Below the pieces are notes generated by a model, which was not told the DNA's origin, made no database searches, and saw only the letters and a list, made by a program, of their open reading frames with translations. The position numbers were made by a program, and so were the translations under genes. Positions 40,046 to 49,136 of a stretch of 64,000 bases of DNA are shown here, piece by piece (within the stretch, counting starts at the first letter, position 1; every line of letters starts with the position of its first letter). The DNA is taken from the IMG/VR virus record IMGVR_UViG_3300028048_003124, one strand, 5' to 3'. Origin of the DNA: a virus (lineage: Duplodnaviria; Caudoviricetes).

Positions 40046-40936
40046 ATGAAGAGATTAGTAAGTATTTTAATGGTATTGACTATAGCGGTAATGTCTTTAG
40101 TTGTACCAGTAAATGTTAGTGCAGCGAGTGTTGATGTTACATCAACTGGAAATTATGTTCCGCCTAGAAAAGACTATGGGTATGATACTCCATACATTAC
40201 TTGGATTAATGTTGGGAATGGTAGAGGATGCCCAAATAGGATTGATGTACAATTTCGGTCTGTTTCTGGGTTGAACTATTACAGAATTTTTTGTAAGATA
40301 GTTGATCAAAGAACTGGTGAAGTCATTAAGGACTGGAGAGGCATGAGAAATATACATGATGGTGGAAAGTGGAATCCAACAACATATATATATTTCGATA
40401 ATGACTGGTTCAGTAATGTAGATATAAGAGGTTATTATAGTGATGCTAGACATAGTTTCGTGAACAATAGATGGGTACGAATATATGTAACGGTAAGAGG
40501 TATATCATACCCAGACGGAGAGTTCTTGACAGGGTATTATGATTGGGGAGATACTTTTTATTGGGAGGGTATAACAGAGTCTATTTTTTGTCCTACTATA
40601 ACTAAAGTTGAGAAAAATACCACTGGAACAGACGTAGAGATGAAAATAAGAACTGGCTACCCATTAGCTTCTGAAATCAAGTACTACAGAGTTTATTGTA
40701 GTAAAAATGGTAGATGGGTTTCTTTAGGTGATTACTATATAGGTAATGACTATACAGATGGACCAAGCGGCAGAACAGCTTGGGTAAATGTAAGGTATAC
40801 AAATGACTTACATAATTGTGATACTTTTAGGAATGGCACGTGTTTATTGACGGTAAGGGGTTTAGACAAAAACAGGCAGTGGTGTACTCCGTTTATGTAC
40901 CATTACTTATGGACAAATTATGTAAAATATAGGTAA
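40046..40936 (+). CDS. secreted protein with two divergent FN3-like repeats
   Basis: Signal peptide; YYRIF/YYRVY...TVRG twice; GAGGAGG RBS. Confidence 0.75.
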   Translation: MKRLVSILMVLTIAVMSLVVPVNVSAASVDVTSTGNYVPPRKDYGYDTPYITWINVGNGRGCPNRIDVQFRSVSGLNYYRIFCKIVDQRTGEVIKDWRGMRNIHDGGKWNPTTYIYFDNDWFSNVDIRGYYSDARHSFVNNRWVRIYVTVRGISYPDGEFLTGYYDWGDTFYWEGITESIFCPTITKVEKNTTGTDVEMKIRTGYPLASEIKYYRVYCSKNGRWVSLGDYYIGNDYTDGPSGRTAWVNVRYTNDLHNCDTFRNGTCLLTVRGLDKNRQWCTPFMYHYLWTNYVKYR

Positions 40937-41045
40937 GTTTAAGGAGCGTATTATAATGAAGAGATTGATGTCTTTCTATGATAGGTTGGATTATTTACGT
41001 TATAGCTGTAAATATATTAACTTTAAGTAATAATTTATACATCTT

Positions 41046-41080
41046 TAAGCCCGTCAAGGTTGTTTGACGGGCTTAATTTA
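41046..41080 (+). terminator. intrinsic terminator
   Basis: taagcccgtcaa / ttgacgggctta. Confidence 0.75.
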
Positions 41081-41175
41081 TGCTTAAATTAAGACTGTTG
41101 TTATTTATAGATGAATTGAGTAGATACTTTATATTTATGTAGTTTTTCTTATGGCTAATACTCGGAGGTTGTGTT

Positions 41176-41901
41176 ATGAAGAAGGTATTGTTTATAGATG
41201 ATAGTCCAAGATCTATTAAAAATAATATACTTCCTGTGTTTATTGCTGATTTATGGAAGAATAATACCAGAGCAGATATAAAAATCTTTGGTAGTGAAAG
41301 TCAGTGGTATATACCGAAGTATAAGAAAGAAGAGAACGAGAGAAATTTTAAAATCTTAAAGGAGGATATGTTAAGCAGATTTAAAGATTTTGAAGATTCT
41401 TTAGTAGAACCTGACAAGTTATCGACAAAGGATTATTCAATGTTGATAAGAGATATGTCTACTTCTCCAGATACTGTAGTAGCTAATGAATATTCAAGAT
41501 ACTTAGAGTACAAGAAAGGGAGATCTGTAGGGAAAGGAATGGGTATTCTTGTAGAGGTATTGACTGACTGGAATATAAGTCAATATTCAACTGTTTATAT
41601 AGATCTAGCACTATGTACAGGAGATACGGGTATTTTATCTTCAAACTTTGATGAGGTGTTATACAGAAAGTTATTTAAAGATACAAATTTTTATAACGCC
41701 ACGTGGGAAGAGGGTAAACCTTTATTTTCAATGGATCTATATAACATAATAAGGAATTACTTTTCAGTTAATGCAAAGTTTTACTTTGCTTCAGATAAAC
41801 CATCAGAAGAGATATTAAACTTTATACGTTATTTTAAGAAACTATATAACAAAGATATCACTGTATTAAACAAAAACGGTGAGTATTTTGTATTTAATTA
41901 G
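41176..41901 (+). CDS. hypothetical protein, degenerate receiver-like N-terminus
   Basis: MKKVLFIDDS start; GGAGG RBS. Confidence 0.6.
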   Translation: MKKVLFIDDSPRSIKNNILPVFIADLWKNNTRADIKIFGSESQWYIPKYKKEENERNFKILKEDMLSRFKDFEDSLVEPDKLSTKDYSMLIRDMSTSPDTVVANEYSRYLEYKKGRSVGKGMGILVEVLTDWNISQYSTVYIDLALCTGDTGILSSNFDEVLYRKLFKDTNFYNATWEEGKPLFSMDLYNIIRNYFSVNAKFYFASDKPSEEILNFIRYFKKLYNKDITVLNKNGEYFVFN

Positions 41902-41910
41902 GAGGTAATT

Positions 41911-42498
41911 ATGAGTAAGAAAACATTAATTATAGCGTTGGTAGTAGTTGTAGCTTTACTGATTGTTGCTATTGTAGGTTTAGCAATGTCAGCAAACTCA
42001 GGTACAGAAAAAACTTCAACACAAGATAGCGTTTCAACGAGAGATAGTGTTGAAGCAACTATGATCACTAGTTCTCATGATGTGACAGAGGAGTCAAAAG
42101 TTCCTGTTAATTATGAAGAATACAACAAAGAGAAATATGAGAATGTCTCAGAGTACATCCATAGTGATGATAACTCATACTATAAGGATTTAAATGATCC
42201 TAAGCCTTTAAAAGATACTGTTTCAGATGCAGATGAGAAGTTTGAAATCACTGTAGAAGACGATAGGACTTTGGTATATAATCATGCTTTGGTACTGATG
42301 TCAAATGAAGGGTATGATAGTTATATTAACTCTTTAAAGGAGTATTTAGATAGCCCTAATCTTGAAAAAATAGAAGTACTAAAGACTATTAAAACTAATA
42401 CTAATATTGATAATCCCCGTATAATTGAGAGATACTATAAAAATGATGGTACGTTAGCTTTAGAGAAGGAGTTCTCTTATAATGATCTCGTTAAATAA
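41911..42498 (+). CDS. membrane-anchored exported protein (similar to 25051 lipoprotein)
   Basis: N-terminal TM; TLVY...YYKNDGT similar to 25051 protein. Confidence 0.7.
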   Translation: MSKKTLIIALVVVVALLIVAIVGLAMSANSGTEKTSTQDSVSTRDSVEATMITSSHDVTEESKVPVNYEEYNKEKYENVSEYIHSDDNSYYKDLNDPKPLKDTVSDADEKFEITVEDDRTLVYNHALVLMSNEGYDSYINSLKEYLDSPNLEKIEVLKTIKTNTNIDNPRIIERYYKNDGTLALEKEFSYNDLVK

Positions 42499-42624
42499 AG
42501 GAAAGATGTAATATTCCAGTGTTTATATTTTTGGGCATACTTGTATGGGTAATAGCTTCTATATGTGTGGGCGAAGCCCTACGAGAAAGTAGAGAGAATA
42601 AGTATAAAAGGGAGAGAAAAGGTA

Positions 42625-43650
42625 TTGAAGACGAAAAAGATTTCAAACCAAGAAGAAAAAGTCTTGTCGACAGAATCTTCGACTTCCTCTCGAAATAAGG
42701 GAGGAAAAGTACTATTAATAGCTATCATAGTTTTTATAATTGTGTCTGTTAGTTGCATTGGGTACCCCTTAATTTCCCAGCTTGTGAATAGCATTTGGGC
42801 AAGGGGTAGTGTTGTTGAGTACAACAAGCAGGTAGACGCTATGCCTGAGGATGTAAAAAACAAGATAATGAAGGATGCTGAAGAGTATAACAAAAGAGCT
42901 TTTACTGCTGTAAAAGACCCATTCTCCCATACAGAGGAGGATAAAGATTACGAGGACGTACTAAACGTGTACGAAGACGGTCAAATGGGTACTATTGTTA
43001 TACCTTGTATTGATTGTGAGCTGCCTATTTATCACACAACTCCAGATGATAAAGGTCTTACAAAAGGGGCAGCCCATCTATTGAATACTTCCTTACCTAT
43101 AGGAGGAGAGGGTAATCACTGTGCTATTTCGGCGCATACAGCTCTACCAGGAAAAGAGTTGTTTAATAGGTTAGATGAGGTAGTAAACGGTGATCTTTTT
43201 TATATAACTGTGCTTGATGTGACAAGAGCATATAAAGTAACAAACATAAGTATTGTTGAGCCAAATAATATTGATGCTTTGCAGAGAGTACCAGGAAAGG
43301 ACTTATGCACACTTGTAACTTGCACTCCTTATGCTGTAAACACGCATAGGTTGTTGGTAACAGGTGAGAGATCGCCAGAGAATGATAAAGATTTGTCAAC
43401 TTTACTAGAAGAGACAAAAAATCCTATAAAAGATATGTGGTGGTTGTATTTAATAATCATAGGTTTAGTTATACTAATACTTATTATCTTAGTAGCATTG
43501 GTGATTAAGCACAAGAAGTCGAAAAGCGCAAAACCACATGAGGAAGTATCAAATGCTGATAGTGTTGATGAGGGTAAATCCAGCGTAGAAGATACTATCA
43601 ACAAAGATGAAGATGGTAAAGTTGTAGAAAAGCAAGGTGAAGATAACTAA
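42625..43650 (+). CDS. srtC: class C (pilus) sortase
   Basis: DPF lid, HLLNTSLPIGG, SAHT, TLVTCTPYAVNTHRLLV, C-terminal TM; start uncertain. Confidence 0.92.
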   Translation: MKTKKISNQEEKVLSTESSTSSRNKGGKVLLIAIIVFIIVSVSCIGYPLISQLVNSIWARGSVVEYNKQVDAMPEDVKNKIMKDAEEYNKRAFTAVKDPFSHTEEDKDYEDVLNVYEDGQMGTIVIPCIDCELPIYHTTPDDKGLTKGAAHLLNTSLPIGGEGNHCAISAHTALPGKELFNRLDEVVNGDLFYITVLDVTRAYKVTNISIVEPNNIDALQRVPGKDLCTLVTCTPYAVNTHRLLVTGERSPENDKDLSTLLEETKNPIKDMWWLYLIIIGLVILILIILVALVIKHKKSKSAKPHEEVSNADSVDEGKSSVEDTINKDEDGKVVEKQGEDN

Positions 43651-44096
43651 TGGAGTTCGTAAATTCTCTGCTAAAACTGTCTAATCTTTTATCTAATAGA
43701 AATATGCTTGCAACAGTTCAAGGAGGAAACCAAAGGGTATTGCTTTCATATAACAATGAGGATGAGGATAGGCAGTGCTTACTAGATATTGGTAATAAGT
43801 GTGTAATATGTTGGTACTGTGATAACTATAATGATGTGTTATCTGCGCTACCATCTTGCTATAAAAATGTAATCATACCAATGTTACCAGATGTGTATAA
43901 ACAACAAGCAGAAGAACTAGGGTATAAGAAGTTAAACATGAAGAGTGTGTTTTTGAGACTATCTATTTCTTTAGCAAATATAGAAAAAATAGATAATCTG
44001 AGAAGGGCTTCTGTTTATAGAGATATGCTAGAAATGGTTGGTATAGATACCAGTAATATTACTATTTCAGAAACAGTATACGGTTTAGTTAGATAA
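43650..44096 (+). CDS. hypothetical protein
   Basis: ORF coupled to the sortase stop codon. Confidence 0.6.
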   Translation: MEFVNSLLKLSNLLSNRNMLATVQGGNQRVLLSYNNEDEDRQCLLDIGNKCVICWYCDNYNDVLSALPSCYKNVIIPMLPDVYKQQAEELGYKKLNMKSVFLRLSISLANIEKIDNLRRASVYRDMLEMVGIDTSNITISETVYGLVR

Positions 44097-44343
44097 CTGT
44101 TAAAAAACAGATAGATAGATAAAATCTTACTCACTTTTTCTGTTTGGAGTCTGCATAATCATTGATAGTCAATTTACTGATTTTTTACTGATTTCGTATA
44201 GATTGGTGTCATTTCTATGAGAATATCTATGGTAAATAAGTGGTAAGTTGCTAGAGATTGTAGTATGTAAGAGGTTTTATCAAAAATGGCAGATTTGTTT
44301 TTACCCTGTCTGTCTTAGAAAAAGTTAAGGGTTGGTGATTATC

Positions 44344-45174
44344 ATGTCTAAGAAACATAAAGGGAAACAATCTAAACTATTAATTGTGTTTATAATATTA
44401 CTACTTATTGTAGCAATAGGGTTTTTATTATATCCGACTGTATCTAGAATATCTATGCAAAAGACGGCAGACGGTCTAACAGAAGACTTTGACAAAAAAG
44501 TTGATAAGTTAAAAGAGGTTGGTACAGAGAGCCCATCAGAGGATGAGGATAAGAAAGAAGATACTGAAGATGGTTCTAGCTCAGGAGGATCAGGAAACCA
44601 AACGGGTACTTACATAAGTGAAGGCGCATGGTCGGGAAGAACAGAAGAAGAGTTAAGAGAGCTTATGTCCAAGCTGTATGAGGATAGTGTAGCTTATAAC
44701 AATAGACTAAAATTAAAACAAGATTTTACAGAGCCTTGGGAGTATGCAGCATTAGATCTGTCTAACTACGGTATATATGATGATATGTACGGTTATATAA
44801 GCATACCAAGTATCGATGTAAATCTTCCAATTTACCTAGGAGCGACAGAGTGGAATATGGCTTATGGGGTAACTCATTTATACAATACATCACTACCGAT
44901 AGGTGGAGAGAGTACTAACTGTGTATTATCTGGGCATACAGGTTACATTGGAAGGTATTTCTTCGATGGTTTACCTAATTTAGAGGAGGGAGACAGGGTT
45001 TATATTAAAACCTATTTTGGTGAGTTAGAGTATAAGGTTGTAGATTATCATAAGGCTATTGCATCTGATACAGATGAGATGTATATAGATAAAGGTAAAG
45101 ATAAGTTAACTTTATTCACATGTGCTGACTGGGGTAAGGTTAGGTATGTTGTAGTTTGCGAGAGGGTTGATTAA
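44344..45174 (+). CDS. second class C-like sortase (no C-terminal TM)
   Basis: HLYNTSLPIGG, SGHTG, LTLFTC...RYVV. Confidence 0.9.
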   Translation: MSKKHKGKQSKLLIVFIILLLIVAIGFLLYPTVSRISMQKTADGLTEDFDKKVDKLKEVGTESPSEDEDKKEDTEDGSSSGGSGNQTGTYISEGAWSGRTEEELRELMSKLYEDSVAYNNRLKLKQDFTEPWEYAALDLSNYGIYDDMYGYISIPSIDVNLPIYLGATEWNMAYGVTHLYNTSLPIGGESTNCVLSGHTGYIGRYFFDGLPNLEEGDRVYIKTYFGELEYKVVDYHKAIASDTDEMYIDKGKDKLTLFTCADWGKVRYVVVCERVD

Positions 45175-45176
45175 CG

Positions 45177-45440
45177 TTGAAGTTATGCATGAAATGTGGC
45201 AGAACTATAGATAAATATGCTGTAACAGAAAAGGGGTTTCTCTTTACAAACAAAGCTAAACAGCGCTATTGTTATGAATGTACAAAGGCGATGGGACCTG
45301 ATTTAATTATAGACATAGGTAATTTTCACGCAGAGTTATTTACATCTCTTATGTCCGATAGGGCTGTATCTTCTTATCTGTCTAAGTGCGGAAGGTATTC
45401 AAAAGAGTTGTCTAAAAACTCAAAAGAAAGTAGAGGTTGA
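45177..45440 (+). CDS. small Zn-finger protein
   Basis: CMKC...CYEC. Confidence 0.55.
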   Translation: MKLCMKCGRTIDKYAVTEKGFLFTNKAKQRYCYECTKAMGPDLIIDIGNFHAELFTSLMSDRAVSSYLSKCGRYSKELSKNSKESRG

Positions 45441-45445
45441 TAAAA

Positions 45446-46414
45446 ATGGTACTTAAAAAACGGATTATGATTATACTATGCGTTGTATTGGCATTATTGT
45501 CATTAGCAGGATGCCAAAAAGTTGTATATAAGGGTACAACTAATCCAAATAGTCATAGTGTTGCTACTGAAGATGAGGTGGTTGCTACACCTGATTCAGT
45601 TGAAGATACTGATGAAAAAGACGCCGATAAGGGTGATGATGAAGAAGAGGAAAAGGCTACTGCAGATGAGGCTTCTAAGGACGATAAGTCTGAAAACAAG
45701 AAAGATGACGATAAGAAGGACGAAGAGGATAAGAAATCAACTGAGAAGCCTACTGAGGCTCCAACGGAAAAACCAACAGAAAAGCCTACCGAGGCACCAA
45801 CAGAAGCACCTACTGAAGAGCCAACTGAGAAAACTGAGTATGAGATTGGCGAGACTAGTAGAGAAAATCCAGCTCCAAAGGGAACATGGGTTGATTATAA
45901 AGTAAGAGATTATAATACTTTGGAGATGTTTACTACAAAGGTTAAAATAAATGACATTACAACACAGTCTGAAGATGAGGATTATGTAAAAGAGGTATTA
46001 GACGATTACAATGAGTCCCATCTGGTAAAGTTGGATACAAAAAATATGTCTGCTAAGATTGAGATTGTTGTAGCAGATATAGAAATGAAAATACCAAAAG
46101 GTGAGAGCGTAGAAGATAGATTAGGAGCTCCTCACCCGATAAGTTTTGATATTGTACGTCCAAAGGGTATTGATTATCGGGATAAAGATGGTGATAAAGT
46201 TAAATTTGTCACATACGTTGGTAAATTTGAGGAGTATTCAACAACTTGTTCCGCAGGTGATACTGTAAAAACTAAGCTTATTTACGGAATGGTAAAGGGT
46301 TTTGATGATTACTATATAAAAGTCACCTCTTTCTCTGATTTTGACGGAGGGGATTGTGACTATGCATATCTAAACATTAAAAAGGAACCAGTAAAAGTAC
46401 ATAAGGATGACTAA
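45446..46414 (+). CDS. lipoprotein with acidic and TEKP/TEAP linker
   Basis: Lipobox LAGC, low-complexity linker. Confidence 0.8.
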   Translation: MVLKKRIMIILCVVLALLSLAGCQKVVYKGTTNPNSHSVATEDEVVATPDSVEDTDEKDADKGDDEEEEKATADEASKDDKSENKKDDDKKDEEDKKSTEKPTEAPTEKPTEKPTEAPTEAPTEEPTEKTEYEIGETSRENPAPKGTWVDYKVRDYNTLEMFTTKVKINDITTQSEDEDYVKEVLDDYNESHLVKLDTKNMSAKIEIVVADIEMKIPKGESVEDRLGAPHPISFDIVRPKGIDYRDKDGDKVKFVTYVGKFEEYSTTCSAGDTVKTKLIYGMVKGFDDYYIKVTSFSDFDGGDCDYAYLNIKKEPVKVHKDD

Positions 46415-46482
46415 ACTTTTACTATCAAAATAAGAGTTTGTTTAAAAAATTTATAGATTTTTTAACTTTTTTCTAGAAGGTA

Positions 46483-46511
46483 TTGCAACTATTTCTAAGT
46501 TGGTGTATAAT
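46483..46511 (+). promoter_or_regulatory. sigma-A type promoter of the RNA island
   Basis: TTGCAA-17-TATAAT preceded by an A/T-tract UP-like element. Confidence 0.75.
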
Positions 46512-46644
46512 AGCAGTACCGTAAGGGAGTTAGTCGTTAGTGGCTACTCTTTGAGGATAGTAAGTCGCAATAATCATTTAATAAGTTGACGGGTTTGGTT
46601 TCTGTTCCTGATACAATTGTAAGTGGTTTTGTGATTTAATATAA

Positions 46645-47229
46645 TGTTCCTTGACAATTGAATAAATACCTTTGATTAAGTGGTAACTCAGTGAAGAAGG
46701 AAGTGTCACTCCTGCTGAGATGGGTTTGCGATTTTGAGACGGGCGATATTTAGTAAGGATACTTCTAAGTGGAGGTCGAGATATAGTAGTGATGCTATTG
46801 AAGCTGTTTGCGTGTAATGTAAACAGATCTGAGAACCCAGTGCTGAGTATATCATTGTAAAAAGTAATTTCGATGTGACGAAGCCGTAATAGACGTCTTG
46901 TATGGCAGAATAAGATCGGTATGAGAAAGAATCCTAAAGAGATCTAAGCTTGAGGAAGTTTATTGGTCTGTAGGAAAAACCTAACTAAGGCTAACTTGAT
47001 TGGTGTTGAACCACGAAAGTGGGTATAAGTTTCAAGAAATGTACTTCTGCTAAAACCGCCAATATTAGAAGAAGCACCAAGGAGGTGCCAGTTTTAGTGA
47101 CTGTGGAAGTTGTGGGTAAATTAGTCCTACATACTATCAAGTAGTATTGACTGAATATTGCAATGGTATATAAGGTAGCTACAGTTGTAGCACCACGATT
47201 AAGGGTATTTATTCAATTGTCAAGGAGCA
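46645..47229 (+). ncRNA. ROOL-like large structured RNA (~585 nt)
   Basis: 32-bp terminal helix (29 WC + 3 G-U), no ORF in the track, internal hairpins, heads a tRNA cluster; size fits ROOL. Confidence 0.65.
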
Positions 47230-47364
47230 GCGGTGGTAGTTTATATAAAATACCAGACTGTTTTCTCGATTGTTATGTAAAAACCGAAGATCCGAAAAAC
47301 TTGTAACCCCTGTTACAATTACAGTCTGGAGAACTTCTATTAAAGAAGCCACCGTTTATTATAA

Positions 47365-47441
47365 GGGCTTTTAGCTCAGTAGGTTAGAGCAGCTGACTCA
47401 TAATCAGCAGGTCTAGGGTTCGATCCCCTAAAAGCCCACCA
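47365..47441 (+). tRNA. tRNA-CAU (probably Ile2, possibly elongator Met)
   Basis: Cloverleaf; gctga-ctcataa-tcagc; CCA; overall resemblance to Ile2 tRNAs. Confidence 0.9.
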
Positions 47442-47451
47442 TTGATAATAT

Positions 47452-47610
47452 GCGAGTTCTGAAAGAAGGTTCAGCTCCCTTTGTGGAGGTAAGAAGTAAA
47501 AACGGCATGATGAAAGGTATCGTAACCATGGCTCTACGGTATTTAGTAATTGGATGAGTCTCCCTTACCAATACAAAGGTTTGGCGGTTCGAATCCTGCA
47601 GCTCGTACCA
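47452..47610 (+). ncRNA. tRNA-like RNA A with ~100-nt expanded anticodon arm
   Basis: GCGAGTT/AGCTCGT-A-CCA acceptor, D-like hairpin, GGTTCGAATCC T-loop. Confidence 0.6.
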
Positions 47611-47959
47611 TACATATCAAAACCTGATGATACACCGTAATATAGCATAACGGCGGAAGAATGTTTCATTGAAATCCTTAATGTATCACAAACCGTAAGC
47701 AGCCCCGAACACAGAAACAACCTGTTCTCTGGGCAATCCCATAAGCGCCACACCATGCTGTGCAGAAAAGGTATCTGCGACAAGCCTTGAATAATGACAG
47801 ACGCTTAAGTAATATTTCTGGATTGACAGACCACAGACGTAACAGATACGGAAAGCACTTACAAGTGCCACCCAGTTTAAGGTCTGGGTGGACAAACTAT
47901 TTTATATGGAGATTCCGTAAGAGGTGTAGGTAGTTAAAATCTACTAATCTCCACCAAAG

Positions 47960-48350
47960 AGTGTGACATAGATTAACAAGGTCTATGGTGTAACTCATAC
48001 CGTGTTCAGAGACGGTGGATGTAATGTTCAAAACTGAAATAGATATCCGTCTAAGCCTTGAGATATGTCGGAATCGAAGGAGGGTACTCAAGGGAGTTCA
48101 CAGTGCGACAGGCAGGTGACATACCTATACTCTAGAAGTAGGTACTTGTTATTTAGACTAATGGGCAACATTGGTAGGCTTCTTTTAGAAGATAGTTGCC
48201 AACTGGAAGGGGCGTAAGGCATTTCCAGTCCAAGCCGCACGCAAAAGGGTTCTGAAATGGCGGCTTAGTAGAACCGAGAATGTACACAGGCTTTGAAAGT
48301 GTACTCGGTAGGTGTTCATGAGATTGATATAATTCCTACCGAAGCCTAAC
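47960..48350 (+). ncRNA. candidate structured ncRNA with pseudoknot
   Basis: Multiple helices; taggctt/aagccta closing stem; ggttct/agaacc loop pairing. Confidence 0.5.
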
Positions 48351-48352
48351 GA

Positions 48353-48538
48353 CGGGTAATAGTTTAATGGTAAAACACTTCCCGAGGGTAAGAAAGTTAG
48401 TATAACAGCAGGCTCCATTACTCGAATGTGAGGGTTTGGTAATTTATACTAGGAGTAAGGTATAATTACAAGTTATTTGGTGTAAGCCCATCTTATCTTT
48501 GTATGGAGGAAACGTAGGTTCGAGTCCTGCTTATCCGT
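48353..48538 (+). ncRNA. tRNA-like RNA B with 122-nt insert in place of the anticodon loop
   Basis: Canonical acceptor, D, anticodon and T stems; loop 48383-48504. Confidence 0.7.
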
Positions 48539-48548
48539 AATAAAACAT

Positions 48549-48635
48549 GGGGGATTGGTGTAATTGGCAGACACAAGGGATTTAAGTTCCCTTGAAGGCA
48601 ACTTCGTATGGGTTCAAGTCCCATATCCCCCACCA
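48549..48635 (+). tRNA. tRNA-Leu(UAA)
   Basis: Cloverleaf; aggga-tttaagt-tccct; long variable arm; CCA. Confidence 0.93.
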
Positions 48636-48650
48636 GATGATAGGTTTTTT

Positions 48651-49026
48651 ATGGCAGGAATAAAATACGTTTTTAGTAACTACTCAGAAGAGGATTTGAA
48701 AAGCCTTATAGCAAGTTGTACATCTATTGCGGAGTTAGGTAGAAAATTAGGCTTAAGTGGCAGAAATGTGTACAATGTAGGTGAGAGGTTACAGGATTTA
48801 TATCCTGAAGAATTTGCTTATTATACTGGATTGCCATGCTTTAACAGATAACTATAGAGGTAAGAATTCTACCAACAGGTGTTATGTATCAGACGATAAA
48901 ATACTAGAAGTTATCAAGACTAAAGAAAATGTTAGGCAGGTACTATTAGAGCTGAATTTACCTGCTTCTGGTCATTCTTATAAAAGGGTTAGAGAATTAG
49001 CCAGAAGTATAGGAATTTATTGGTAA
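48651..49026 (+). pseudogene. degenerate HNH homing endonuclease
   Basis: Two overlapping frames: YSEEDLK...SIAELGRKLGL N-terminus and NL...CH..TDNYRGKN HNH tail; core appears deleted. Confidence 0.65.
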
Positions 49027-49040
49027 TAAATATAATAGTA

Positions 49041-49071
49041 GGTGTGGGTTCAAGTCCCATCACCGCTACCA
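49041..49071 (+). pseudogene. orphan tRNA 3' half
   Basis: gtgggttcaagtcccat T-arm + caccgct-a-cca with no adjacent 5' half. Confidence 0.7.
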
Positions 49072-49136
49072 CAGAAGGGCAAGAACATTCACTTGCCCTT
49101 AAACTTTATTTAAAGTTTGAAGGTGTAATATTGTAG

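Noticed and set aside
46645-47229. MITE/IS with terminal inverted repeats
   Set aside because: All arm mismatches are G-U compatible on one strand, and no target-site duplication or transposase is evident.
47229-47260. AGCGGTG as the 5' half of the orphan tRNA 3' fragment at 49041 (split tRNA)
   Set aside because: The 7-nt complementarity is present, but no convincing D-arm or anticodon arm follows, so it is likely chance.
48564-48650. ORF start inside tRNA-Leu(UAA), and the similar ORF at 49560 inside tRNA-Gly
   Set aside because: These are translations of tRNA sequence, not real coding starts.
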